This document shows positions 19,488-29,360 of a DNA stretch of 64,000 bases, in pieces. The notes below the pieces were generated by a model. The model made no database searches. It was not told the DNA's origin and saw only the letters and a program-made list of their open reading frames with translations. The stretch's first letter is position 1. Each line of letters opens with the position of its first letter. The position numbers and the translations under genes were made by a program. This DNA comes from Roseibacillus sp. (lineage in GTDB: Bacteria; Verrucomicrobiota; Verrucomicrobiia; Verrucomicrobiales; Akkermansiaceae), in contig JBPOGI010000001.1 of the NCBI GenBank assembly GCA_051251855.1, positions 640,001-704,000 of the forward strand, written 5' to 3'.

Positions 19488-20126
19488 ATGGCACCGATTG
19501 AAATTATTGAGCTGATGGCGGTGGTGACCGCGAGTATCTACGGGATCTTGTTGGCCGCACGCAGTGGGCTGGATTTGACGGGAATATTTGCGGTGGCGTT
19601 TGTGGCTGCTTTTGGGGGCGGGACGTTGCGGGACTTGTGTTTGGGCAGAGAGCCGCTGTTTTGGATGGATGCTGCGCACTACCCCGTGATCGTTTTCTTT
19701 TTGAGCCTTGTTGCGGTGGTGGCGCCGAAGTTGGTTGTGCGAATGGAAAAGTTTCTACTCTATCCTGATGCTCTGGGGATGGGCTTGTTTGCGGTGGCGG
19801 GCTCGGCGATTGCACTCGATTCCGGAACCACCTTGTTTTTGGCTGCCTTGTTTGGGGTCATGACGGGGACCTTTGGAGGGGTGGTTGCGGAGATTATTTG
19901 CAATCGGATTCCGGCAACGTTTCAGCCGGGAACGCCGTTGAATATCACTTGTTGTTTTGTGGGGGCTTGGTGCTTTTTGTTAGCATTGCACTTTGGGATG
20001 GAAAGGCCTTGGGCGATGGCTCTGGGTGTGGCTGTAGTGACGGTGATGCGGATTATTGCGGTGAGAAAGCATTGGACGCTGGGGAGGTTGAACCGGTTTT
20101 CAGGGGTGGCCGAGGAAGATGACTAG
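19488..20126 (+). CDS. TRIC / UPF0126 (YadS-like) membrane protein
   Basis: Duplicated AFGGGTLRD / TFGGVVAE motifs; DALGMGLF. Confidence 0.92.
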   Translation: MAPIEIIELMAVVTASIYGILLAARSGLDLTGIFAVAFVAAFGGGTLRDLCLGREPLFWMDAAHYPVIVFFLSLVAVVAPKLVVRMEKFLLYPDALGMGLFAVAGSAIALDSGTTLFLAALFGVMTGTFGGVVAEIICNRIPATFQPGTPLNITCCFVGAWCFLLALHFGMERPWAMALGVAVVTVMRIIAVRKHWTLGRLNRFSGVAEEDD

Positions 20127-20319
20127 GTGGTCGGAGAAGAACGGTTACGATATATACGTTATGAGTTTTCCTAGTTTTGAAATTTTAACTTTTCCTCAGT
20201 TAACAGATTAGCAGTAAAACATAAGTCTTTGATGAAAATATATCTCGACTCTTTTAAGTGGGCTCTTATCCTCTTAGGCTTCGACTTGGACTCTCCATCT
20301 CGAAATACTTCCTACGAAG

Positions 20320-23300
20320 ATGATAAAAACGACCGCCCCGATGGCATTTGCAATGGGGGTCTTCAGTCTCCTCAATAGTTACGCCGAGACCATCCGAATC
20401 GATACTGGGTCAGACCTCGTGAGTCAGTCTCCTGGAAGCCAAATTTCCTTGGATGGAGTTCCGGGGTATGACTTTGGAGGTCAATTAGTAAGCGTTGATC
20501 GGCTGAGCGATCAGACTTTGAGGTTGGTGATTTCGGGGGATCTCGTTTTGGCTGCCGGAGCTCGGTTGGAAGGGGTGGGCCCCTTTCCGGTGATTCTGGA
20601 AGTGGGGAATGACGTCTTGATTGAGGATGGGGCGGTGATCGATTTTTCCGCCATTGATAGGGTTCCTGGGGCGGGTGGAGCAACTGGAAGATGGGGCGGA
20701 GACGGTGGTATCTACGGGCGTGGAGGCCGTGGCGGAGAGGGCGGAAGAGGAGGATTTCGTGGGCTTGGAGGGCTGGTGGGAGATGTGCCCGGAGTTCCTC
20801 CGATTGTGCCATTGAACTTAACGACACCGGGGACTCCGGCTTTCTCGGGGAAGTCTGGGGGAGCTGGAAAACGGGGTGAATTGGGGGGGGATGGCCGGAC
20901 GGGACGCCAAGGTCGGGCGGGTGCTGGTTGGACTGGGAGCGGAGGTTCTTGGGGCCTACCTCAGTTCTCCTTGGATCAGTCGTTTCATGACTCTCCGGAG
21001 GCTTCGGGGAAAGGGCGTGCGACAAGCTATAATCCTTTGTTCGCGAGACCTCCTATCTACATCGAGAATGACTGGGAGCGGGGACTGATCTATGGGGATG
21101 GGGATGGCCGAGGCTTGGGGATACCGGGGACAAATTTGTATTTAGGAGACGAAGGAGTTGATGCTTCGAATGAGGAGATCTTCCGCAGCCACTACTATGA
21201 TGGTGGCCATGGCAGTGATGGGCTCTCATTCTCGACGCCCGGGCCAACCGACGTTCAGATTCCTGCTTCGAAACATCAGGGAGATGGCGGACAGCACGGA
21301 GCTCCGGATTGGGTTCTAGGCGGAGGGGCATCAGGAGGCTCTGGAGGAGGAGCTCCAGGAGGCCGTGGGGGCACCGGTGGTGCGGGCGGAGGGGGAGGGG
21401 CCGGAGGTCAGGGCCAATTTCCCGATCCCTTGCCGATTCAGCTTTCAGACTTCGCGGCGGGGGTCGGAGCGAATTATTTAGGTGAATTTTTCGAGGCAAA
21501 AGCGAATGCACTGGCTAAAGAGACAGGAAAAAGTGCGAGTAACTTGTATAAAATCTTTAGCTACGGCGTGGGTGCGGGTGGTGGCTCGGGAGGGCGCGGT
21601 GGCGATGGCTCTGCGGGAGAGATCGGAGGGCTAGGCGGAGGAGGTGGAACTGGCGGCGCTGGAGCTGGAGCGCTGCGGATCCTTGCCCAAGGAGAGATTC
21701 GGCTGGAAGGGAAAGGGCGATTCCTCGGCGGAGAGGGTGGCGCTGGTCAGGCGGGGCTGGCTCCATTTGGTTTGGGGTCCGGGCAGAGTCCGGAGGGGGG
21801 AAGCGCTGCTAAGATTCGGATTCCGCCTGTGTCGGTCGATGAGATGTTGGAGACGCTTTTCACCTTAGGTGAAGGCGGGGTCCTCGATCCGAAGTCTGGC
21901 TTTGGCGGTAGAGGAGGAGATGGGGCTGAGGGGCAGGCTGGCTACTGGGGCGGAACGGGTGCGGCGGGGGGAGGTGGTTCGGGGGGAACTCTGATTCTAG
22001 AGGGGAGTCGAGTGCGCGTGTCGCAAGCAGTGAAGCTAGCTGGCGGTAGCGTCGGAGAAGGTGATCGAGAGGGAGGAGCAGGGCGTCTCTATGTGGCTAC
22101 GAACGAACTCGTAGCGGGCACGAATTTGTCGGCGGCGGGGGTCTCGGTCGCTGGGACGTATCGGGAGTCTCAAACGCGAGTCGGCACCCGAGCTACGAAT
22201 CCGTTCATTCGAGGAGGTCTTCAGACTCCGACCTTGGTCGAGATTTTCGATGGAGCTGAAGGGTTTGGCTATTTATCGGATCGTCAGGTGAGTAACGATC
22301 CTGCAGAGGCGGATCAACTCTTGGTCAATGGGATGAGTTTGGCGGCTCATGCCAATGCTTTGGCTTTGCCAGATGCGGCGGTGGTTGCGGCGGTTCGACT
22401 CGATGATGGGCCGGATGGTTTTGGGCTCGATGCCTTGTATCCAGGTTATGATATGGTGCTGGTTTTCAATCCTCGGTTGTCAGAATTATGCGAGGTTCGC
22501 TTTGGAGTTGCTGAGCAAGCGCTTCCGATAACGACAGGAAATGCGGCGGCCTATCATGCTGCGATTTTGCGCGAGGGGGGCGCGGAGAACGACCGCCACT
22601 TCGGGGGAGGTGGCGATTTGCTGACGGGGTTGTTCGCGGTTGGGAATCAGGATGTTTACGCGTTTTTGGTGCCAGAGGATACAGGAGCAAGCGGTTATAA
22701 TTTCGCGATCAGTGCAACCGCAAAAGGGGCCCTCGGGGCGGAGGCTGTTTTCGTGGGATCGGATGAGCACTTTGTGAATGGGGAGTTCCTCGTGGTGAGT
22801 GCTTCCGCAGATATCCCGGTCTATGAGGCTGACTGGTTGGCCGGAGGCTCGAGTCTGAAGTGGGCTCTCGAGACAAATTGGATAGTGCTCGACCCTCAGG
22901 GGAGCCCGGTTCCGGTTCCGCCGAACAATACTCTCTTGGAGGCCTACAATGTGCGGATCGAGGCTGGAGGTGAAGAGGTGGAAATCGGGGGCGCGACTAC
23001 GGCGGAAGATTACTCGGTGACTATTGACCGGATGATTGTGGGGCCGGGTGACTCGGTGAAGGTCTTCGACGGGAACGACTTTTGTATTGAGAAGTTTTTC
23101 GTCCGCAAGGAAGCGGGCGTGATTGAGAATGAGGGAATCCTGCGGGTGGAAGGAGATGCACGGCCCACTCAGCTCGGTTTCTTAGGGAGTGCCTTGGTAT
23201 TGACTGGCAGTGGAGAGCTGGTGACTTCGGTTTCAGGGCAGAATTCGATTTATGGTAAGAGTGGCAATGATGGTCTCATCCAAGAAGCGACCCATACGGT

Positions 23301-26300
23301 GCGGGCGAGTGGTAATCTAGGGAGTGACTCACTGGTCTTTCGTAACAGGGGACTGGTGACTTCACTGACCGGTGCTGTGCCTCTGACGGTAGACCCTGCA
23401 CAAGGGAGTGATTCGCCAGCGCCCGGGGTGGTGAGCGAAGGAGGGACTTGGAGTGTGGGGCTAGGGCCTTCGACGCTAAGTTTGAGGGACGGTTTTTTCG
23501 ATTTTGATGAAAATTCGACTCTCGGATTCGAGGTGGATGGCGCGCAGGGAGCTCAACTGTTAGAGATTGCGGACGCGCGCTTCCGATGGACGGCGGAGCC
23601 GTTTTCCGACGGAACTGCTGATGAGGTGCTGGGGGATGACGATGCTTTGGTGGCGGATCTGCCGGGGCGCACGATTCGGATTACGGGGGATTCGACTTTG
23701 GAACAGACGAACCTTCGTGCTCGCAACGGGGGTGAAGTTCTGATCGAGGATGCGGACCTCAAATTGCGAGAGGTGGCGATTCAGCTTCCAGCCTCTGAGC
23801 AGAGTTTGCGGGTGCCGACGGTCAAGATGAACGATAGTCGGCTTGAGGGTGGGTTCTTGACCTTTGTTGACTCTGTGGACTTGTTAGGTTGCGTGCCGAT
23901 TCAATATTTAGCGGGAGCTGATGAGGGTGAACAGGAGGATTTTGCAGAATCACTGGATGATTTGTTTGATTCTATTACGAAAGGTCGCGGGGTTTTCTTG
24001 CTAGGGGGGACCTCAAATACGGTAGGAAATCTCGTCATTGATGGAACTTATTGCTGGGACCAGTATATGCATCAGGCGCGATTGGTCACTATTAATTTTG
24101 GGACTGGGAACTTCTATGAACCCGGGAAGATGGCCTCATTGCGCTCTGATAATGGGGTCGATTTGGAAATTTTTGGGACGATTGAGAACAATGGATTGGT
24201 GAGTCTGACTAACTTTGACGGAGTGAGTGAGAGCGAGCTATCGGTCCTTGGCGATGTGGAATTGGCTGGCAACGGAGGTTGGCGCTTGTCTCGGAAGACG
24301 GTGCGCGGAGCGCAGAGTGGGGTGAGGTCGTTTCTGCAAGTCGGCGCAGGACAGGTGATACATGAGCCGGTCTTCGAGAGCGCGGACTTGGAAGTGGAAA
24401 ATCTCGGGGCAATCTATCAGGTCGGGATGCTCTATGATGATTCTACTCTCGCGGATCCAGCGGTGCCTGATTACGAGGAGCGGGTGGCGGAGGTGGTGGC
24501 GCAGAGATTGATGCACAATGAGGGGGTGATTCAGCCGCAGGGTGCTTTCGGTGGTGGAACGATTGATAATACGGAGGGAGTGGTGGTGCTGGGCCGTGGG
24601 GTGGACTCATTCGCCCTTCTGGGTGTGAAGGACGCTGCGCTCTTTGAAAATGTGAGAATCGAGGGCGGGGAGATTTTGGTGAACGAGTTTCTCAAGTTGG
24701 CGGATCGGGTGACGATTGAGGAAGAATATGGCTTTGATAGCACGCTTAGCGAGGCCGAGGGAGAGAACCTCCAGTTCGCAAATTTAAGCATAGCGAGTCC
24801 CTTTTTCGAGCCTCTTCCCTACGCTACCTATGGGTATGAACTCTCGGAGGTAGCGTCTTCGGCCTTCCAGTTGGGCTTCCTACAAATTGGTGGAGATATC
24901 TTGTTGGAAGGGGTTCATCTCAAGACTCATTGTGCCTTGCCGCAGACTGAGGTGCGGGGAGAGTTGAAGGTGGACGCGGGTGTTGTGGTGGAAATTACGA
25001 AGCTCAACTTAAAAGATGGCGATGCGTATTTTTCATGGGATGAATCAGGAAGTGTGCCGCCAAGCTTGGTGCTCGGTCGGCTCTCGAATCCGTCGGTGGC
25101 AGTGGCCTTGACGGGGGAGGTAGGGAATACGCTGGTGGTTCCTGAGTCGGTGGTCTGCCGCTCGAATAGTTCGCTGGGAGATGATTTAGTGAGGGTGGAA
25201 AACTATGGTGAGATTCGCGCAATTGGTCTGGAAGCGGGGAGGTTGATAGTGGATCCCCCAGGGAAAGGCTTCACGCCGGCGGGGGAGGATGAGGAAATCG
25301 GCTTCGTGAACAATGGCCTGCTGAGTGGACTTCCTGGCTTTGCAGAATTTAACGATGGTGTAGTCAATGGAGATTCAACCTTACCAAGCACCTTGGAGCT
25401 GCGGGGTGGATACTACGAGAATAGTGGAGTCGGAGGAGAGCTGGGAGTGATTGAGTTCGTTCACCCAGTTGAGTTTTGGAGTGGGTTGCCTACTGGAGGA
25501 GAGAACCGAATCGCTGATGCCATCATTGATGGCGGGGTGATTCGAGGAACAGCCCCAGGAACTGTGGTGACGTTGTCTGGGGAGGTAGAGTTTCGGAATG
25601 TGGAGTTTGTGAATATCATTCTCGAGGGCTCCTACACGATTCGTGACGGCAACTTCTGCAACGACGATGAAATCTCGGATGGGGCGATCGGTGGGACAAT
25701 GGTTCTCACTGGCGATACCAGCTTCAAGCGGGCCCCGGGATTCGTGCCTTCTGATCCCGATTTCTATGACTTCATCCTAGATGATACTAACAGTTTTCTC
25801 GCCTTTGGGTCTCCTAATGACGTCTTGCGCGTGACGCCGCAAACCCGGATGTATCTCGGAGAATCTGGCTTCTCTCCTGGGGCTATTGCCGGGTTATTCA
25901 ATGAGGGGGAGATTTTCTTTGTGGGGGAGAGCACTTTCTCTTCTTATCGCAGCGACTCTGGCATTGTGCTGGATGAGGACTTGATCGTTTATAACCCCTT
26001 CACGCAAACGATGACCACTGCTGGGGCTTTAGGGTTGTTAGAGTCCGGCCAGACAGTGGCGCTTGAGTCGGCGGCGTCTTTGCAAAACCTTGGGACGATC
26101 CGAGTTGAGGAAGATAGCTTTTTCCAAGAGACCCTTTTTAATAATTCGAATGGAGTCTTCAAATCGGGTGGGGCCTTTGTCGTTGAGCGCGCTGTTTTTG
26201 ATAATTTAGAGGGGTCGGTCGAGTCACTCGACCCTGGTTACTTCTTTGAAGCGACGGTGCGTGGGGGGACCTATGATGGCGATCTGGAAGTATGGGCAAG

Positions 26301-29235
26301 ACCTCGGGAAGCCCTTCTCAGTGAAGGGCGCGACAAAACGAGTATCGTTGGCGATTTGCAGATGGCGGGTAATGTTTACCTTGCGGAGGGGTCGTTGCTC
26401 ATGCTGGGTGACTGTTCCTTGGATGGTCCTCTCGAAGTGGATTTGGATGGCACCTTGATTGCGGCGGGAGTCTTGTCGGCTGGCCCAAGCTTCCAGATGG
26501 AGAGCTTCGGACGGGTGGACTTTGTCGAAGGAACTCTGCCTGGGTTCATTGCTTTTGAGGACTCGGTGATTTCGGGGTCGGGCCGGATTGAGGGACTTTT
26601 GGAGCTGGCTGTTCCTGGTGTGATTTTCGAAGTGCGCCTAGATGGTCAAAGCTTTGAGCCCCTCTCTGTTGCGTCGCTTTTGGGGTCGGGATTGGTTTTA
26701 GATTTAGAGTTTTTAGACGGTTACGTCCCCTGTGGTTTGGATGAGTTTGTGCTCTTAGATTCAGACCTCCCTCTCCCTACGGATCTCTTCGCGGTGAGTA
26801 GCGGTGGACGATTGACCTTGGCTGATGGAGGGTCTTTTCAGTTGAATTATGGACCTGGCAGTTCGCAGCCGAATTCCTTTTCGCTCTCGGACTTCGAGCC
26901 GGGCTACGAGATATATCATGTTGATCAACTCGCGAGTAGTGGGGGTGATGGACTGAGCTGGGGAACGGCCTTTGTCGCTCTTCAGTCGGCCTTGGCGGTC
27001 GCGGTCGATGGCGACGAGGTCTTGGTGGCGGCAGGAGTTTACACTCCGGGTGGGAGTCGGGCAGATTCGTTTATCCTACCCTCGGGGGTTGGGGTCTATG
27101 CCGGCTACGAGACTGTGGACGGAGTTTGCAAGCCGGGGCGCAACTTGGATCCTGAGACGAATGGCTGTGTGCTGTCGGGTGATATTGGGGTGCTCGGGGT
27201 GGCTGCTGACAATTGCTACCATGTGATCCAGAGTGACAACGGATCTGAGGAGACGGTGTTAGATGGTTTTCGGGTTACGGGAGGATACGCAGATGGGGGA
27301 TTATACAGTGGGATGGGAGGAGGTCTTCTTTTGCGCAATGGTGCTGACATTGAGTTGGTGAATTTACAAGTGTGCGAGAATGAGGCGCGGGGCGCAGGTG
27401 TGCCGCTGGTCGCTTCGGATGGGAATGCCTTTGGAGGTGGGATGGCTGCTTTGGACTCCTCGCCTTTGGTGTCCTTCAGTGTCTTTACTGAAAATCGAGT
27501 GAAGGGTTCGAACGGAGTTGGGGTTTTGCCGGGTGGGGATGCGACAGGGGCCGGGGTCTATTTGCTCAACAGTGCAGCTCAGTTTTCGAACTGTATTTTC
27601 TTACGCAATGTATGCGTGGGGGGAGATGGTGTGGCGGGAGCCAATGGTATGGATGGCGGGACCCCGAGTGGTTCCGGTCAAGCGGGGGGAATGGGTGTGA
27701 CTGGTGAACCAGGAACTGCGGGTGGCGGTGGTCTGGGTGGTGGGCTCTATGCTTCGGGATGGAGCGGCTTGCTGAGTGATTGCATGGTGCAGGAGAATGA
27801 GGTGGGCGGTGGAGCGGGTGGTCTCGGCGGCGAAGGTGGTCGCGCTGGTGCCGGGCAGGACGGGACCGGCACCTCGGGACTTGATGGAGACTCAGGGGGA
27901 GACGGTGGAGTGGGTGGTTCCGGAGGCACGGGCGGCGATGCGGGAAGAGTGTGTGGTGGTGGCGCGGGGTTGGCCGATAGTGATGGTGAATTGATTCGCT
28001 GCCAGTTCTTGGGCAATGTGGCGATCGCAAATCGAAATGGAAAAGGAGGGGCCGGTGGTGCAGGTGGCGCAGGAGGAGATGGCGAAGACGGTGTGGGCCT
28101 CTTTAGCAGCGCTGGTGATGGTGGCGATGGCGGTGACGGTGGCGATGGCGGTGACGGTGGTGATGCAGGACTGATGGGAGAGGCTGTAGGTGGAGGCCTC
28201 TGGACGGGGTCCAGTATACCTGATGTGATCGGGTCGCTTTTTGTCGGAAATCTGGTGACCGAAGTGCCCGGAATTCTTACTGCCAATCTTGGTGGAAATC
28301 GAGGAAGTGGAGGGAACAGAGGAATCCGAGGATTGGGCGGTGACGCGAGCATTGGTTCGGATGGTGCAAACGGTTCATCTGGCTCGCCTGGGAGCAACGG
28401 CGTTGATGGGCAAGCTTCTGCAGCCGATGAGCAGTTGGGCGGAGCGGTCGCGGTTGAGGGAAGCCAACAACCGAGCTTTGTGAATTTGACGCTGGTGGAG
28501 AATGTCGCCTTGGACGGTTCCGGGGCGGTGTGGTTCGCGGATGGCGAGCCTCAAGTTGGAAATTGCCTGAGCTTTGGAAATGGAATGAATGCTTGGTCCG
28601 GATTATCTGCAGTGGCCGAGACGGGTCCTAACTTGTTAGAGGAAGACGATGCGCTCTGTCTGATCCAACCCAATGCCGGCGATGGTGACTGGGGAACCCC
28701 CCTTGATAATGATTACGGAGACCTACGGCTCAGGCTAGGATCGGCGGCTTTGGAAGGGGGAAGCAACGCTCTCAATACGGAGCTCATTGCGCTTGAGGGG
28801 GAGGACCGAGTGTCTGGTGCGAAGATTGACCTCGGAGCTTACGAGGGTGGATGGTCGCGCTTTGAACTCTCCTATCCAAGTTTGGACCCTCATGCAGATG
28901 ATAACGGAAACGGCCTCAGCAACTTTTCGGACTATGCAGCGGGTTACGATCCTGAGCTTTTGAATAGCCTCGTCCAACTCGTAGCGTTGGAGCCATCGGG
29001 CCAGTCGTTCATGGTTGGCTATCCGGTGCGCAGCCGAGCGGTTGATGTGCGGGTCTTGCTAGAGAAGTCGAGCGACCTTCTCAGCTTCGTGGATGCGGTC
29101 GATGGAGTCGATTTTGAAGTTCGAACGACTCTCTCAGCCACCAGTGAGCGTGACGAGATCGTGGTGGAGTTGTTACCGGCTTCTCTCTCCGAGGGGCGGT
29201 TGTTCCTTCGTCAGCGCTTTGAGCAAGTTCCGTAA
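20320..29235 (+). CDS. Giant secreted/surface protein (2971 aa) with Gly-rich segments, beta-helix regions and a choice-of-anchor-Q-like region
   Basis: Uninterrupted 8.9-kb ORF; signal peptide; DGLSWGTAF..LQSAL..GDEVLVAAGVYTP; LRLGSAALEGG..IDLGAYE; DDNGNGLSN and C-terminal LFLRQRF. Confidence 0.9.
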   Translation: MIKTTAPMAFAMGVFSLLNSYAETIRIDTGSDLVSQSPGSQISLDGVPGYDFGGQLVSVDRLSDQTLRLVISGDLVLAAGARLEGVGPFPVILEVGNDVLIEDGAVIDFSAIDRVPGAGGATGRWGGDGGIYGRGGRGGEGGRGGFRGLGGLVGDVPGVPPIVPLNLTTPGTPAFSGKSGGAGKRGELGGDGRTGRQGRAGAGWTGSGGSWGLPQFSLDQSFHDSPEASGKGRATSYNPLFARPPIYIENDWERGLIYGDGDGRGLGIPGTNLYLGDEGVDASNEEIFRSHYYDGGHGSDGLSFSTPGPTDVQIPASKHQGDGGQHGAPDWVLGGGASGGSGGGAPGGRGGTGGAGGGGGAGGQGQFPDPLPIQLSDFAAGVGANYLGEFFEAKANALAKETGKSASNLYKIFSYGVGAGGGSGGRGGDGSAGEIGGLGGGGGTGGAGAGALRILAQGEIRLEGKGRFLGGEGGAGQAGLAPFGLGSGQSPEGGSAAKIRIPPVSVDEMLETLFTLGEGGVLDPKSGFGGRGGDGAEGQAGYWGGTGAAGGGGSGGTLILEGSRVRVSQAVKLAGGSVGEGDREGGAGRLYVATNELVAGTNLSAAGVSVAGTYRESQTRVGTRATNPFIRGGLQTPTLVEIFDGAEGFGYLSDRQVSNDPAEADQLLVNGMSLAAHANALALPDAAVVAAVRLDDGPDGFGLDALYPGYDMVLVFNPRLSELCEVRFGVAEQALPITTGNAAAYHAAILREGGAENDRHFGGGGDLLTGLFAVGNQDVYAFLVPEDTGASGYNFAISATAKGALGAEAVFVGSDEHFVNGEFLVVSASADIPVYEADWLAGGSSLKWALETNWIVLDPQGSPVPVPPNNTLLEAYNVRIEAGGEEVEIGGATTAEDYSVTIDRMIVGPGDSVKVFDGNDFCIEKFFVRKEAGVIENEGILRVEGDARPTQLGFLGSALVLTGSGELVTSVSGQNSIYGKSGNDGLIQEATHTVRASGNLGSDSLVFRNRGLVTSLTGAVPLTVDPAQGSDSPAPGVVSEGGTWSVGLGPSTLSLRDGFFDFDENSTLGFEVDGAQGAQLLEIADARFRWTAEPFSDGTADEVLGDDDALVADLPGRTIRITGDSTLEQTNLRARNGGEVLIEDADLKLREVAIQLPASEQSLRVPTVKMNDSRLEGGFLTFVDSVDLLGCVPIQYLAGADEGEQEDFAESLDDLFDSITKGRGVFLLGGTSNTVGNLVIDGTYCWDQYMHQARLVTINFGTGNFYEPGKMASLRSDNGVDLEIFGTIENNGLVSLTNFDGVSESELSVLGDVELAGNGGWRLSRKTVRGAQSGVRSFLQVGAGQVIHEPVFESADLEVENLGAIYQVGMLYDDSTLADPAVPDYEERVAEVVAQRLMHNEGVIQPQGAFGGGTIDNTEGVVVLGRGVDSFALLGVKDAALFENVRIEGGEILVNEFLKLADRVTIEEEYGFDSTLSEAEGENLQFANLSIASPFFEPLPYATYGYELSEVASSAFQLGFLQIGGDILLEGVHLKTHCALPQTEVRGELKVDAGVVVEITKLNLKDGDAYFSWDESGSVPPSLVLGRLSNPSVAVALTGEVGNTLVVPESVVCRSNSSLGDDLVRVENYGEIRAIGLEAGRLIVDPPGKGFTPAGEDEEIGFVNNGLLSGLPGFAEFNDGVVNGDSTLPSTLELRGGYYENSGVGGELGVIEFVHPVEFWSGLPTGGENRIADAIIDGGVIRGTAPGTVVTLSGEVEFRNVEFVNIILEGSYTIRDGNFCNDDEISDGAIGGTMVLTGDTSFKRAPGFVPSDPDFYDFILDDTNSFLAFGSPNDVLRVTPQTRMYLGESGFSPGAIAGLFNEGEIFFVGESTFSSYRSDSGIVLDEDLIVYNPFTQTMTTAGALGLLESGQTVALESAASLQNLGTIRVEEDSFFQETLFNNSNGVFKSGGAFVVERAVFDNLEGSVESLDPGYFFEATVRGGTYDGDLEVWARPREALLSEGRDKTSIVGDLQMAGNVYLAEGSLLMLGDCSLDGPLEVDLDGTLIAAGVLSAGPSFQMESFGRVDFVEGTLPGFIAFEDSVISGSGRIEGLLELAVPGVIFEVRLDGQSFEPLSVASLLGSGLVLDLEFLDGYVPCGLDEFVLLDSDLPLPTDLFAVSSGGRLTLADGGSFQLNYGPGSSQPNSFSLSDFEPGYEIYHVDQLASSGGDGLSWGTAFVALQSALAVAVDGDEVLVAAGVYTPGGSRADSFILPSGVGVYAGYETVDGVCKPGRNLDPETNGCVLSGDIGVLGVAADNCYHVIQSDNGSEETVLDGFRVTGGYADGGLYSGMGGGLLLRNGADIELVNLQVCENEARGAGVPLVASDGNAFGGGMAALDSSPLVSFSVFTENRVKGSNGVGVLPGGDATGAGVYLLNSAAQFSNCIFLRNVCVGGDGVAGANGMDGGTPSGSGQAGGMGVTGEPGTAGGGGLGGGLYASGWSGLLSDCMVQENEVGGGAGGLGGEGGRAGAGQDGTGTSGLDGDSGGDGGVGGSGGTGGDAGRVCGGGAGLADSDGELIRCQFLGNVAIANRNGKGGAGGAGGAGGDGEDGVGLFSSAGDGGDGGDGGDGGDGGDAGLMGEAVGGGLWTGSSIPDVIGSLFVGNLVTEVPGILTANLGGNRGSGGNRGIRGLGGDASIGSDGANGSSGSPGSNGVDGQASAADEQLGGAVAVEGSQQPSFVNLTLVENVALDGSGAVWFADGEPQVGNCLSFGNGMNAWSGLSAVAETGPNLLEEDDALCLIQPNAGDGDWGTPLDNDYGDLRLRLGSAALEGGSNALNTELIALEGEDRVSGAKIDLGAYEGGWSRFELSYPSLDPHADDNGNGLSNFSDYAAGYDPELLNSLVQLVALEPSGQSFMVGYPVRSRAVDVRVLLEKSSDLLSFVDAVDGVDFEVRTTLSATSERDEIVVELLPASLSEGRLFLRQRFEQVP
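28114..28164 (+). repeat. Intragenic 9-bp tandem repeat encoding (GDG)n
   Basis: ggtgatggt ggcgatggc ggtgacggt ggcgatggc ggtgacggt ggtgat. Confidence 0.8.
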
Positions 29236-29360
29236 GAACGTAGGGGAAGTAGGAGGGAAGGCTGTTCCTTTTTCGACGCGGAGCCGCAGAGGGCATGGAG
29301 TGAAACGCAGAGATGACGGTTCGGTGGGGCCGATTGCAAACCGGCGGTCCTAGTGAGGAG

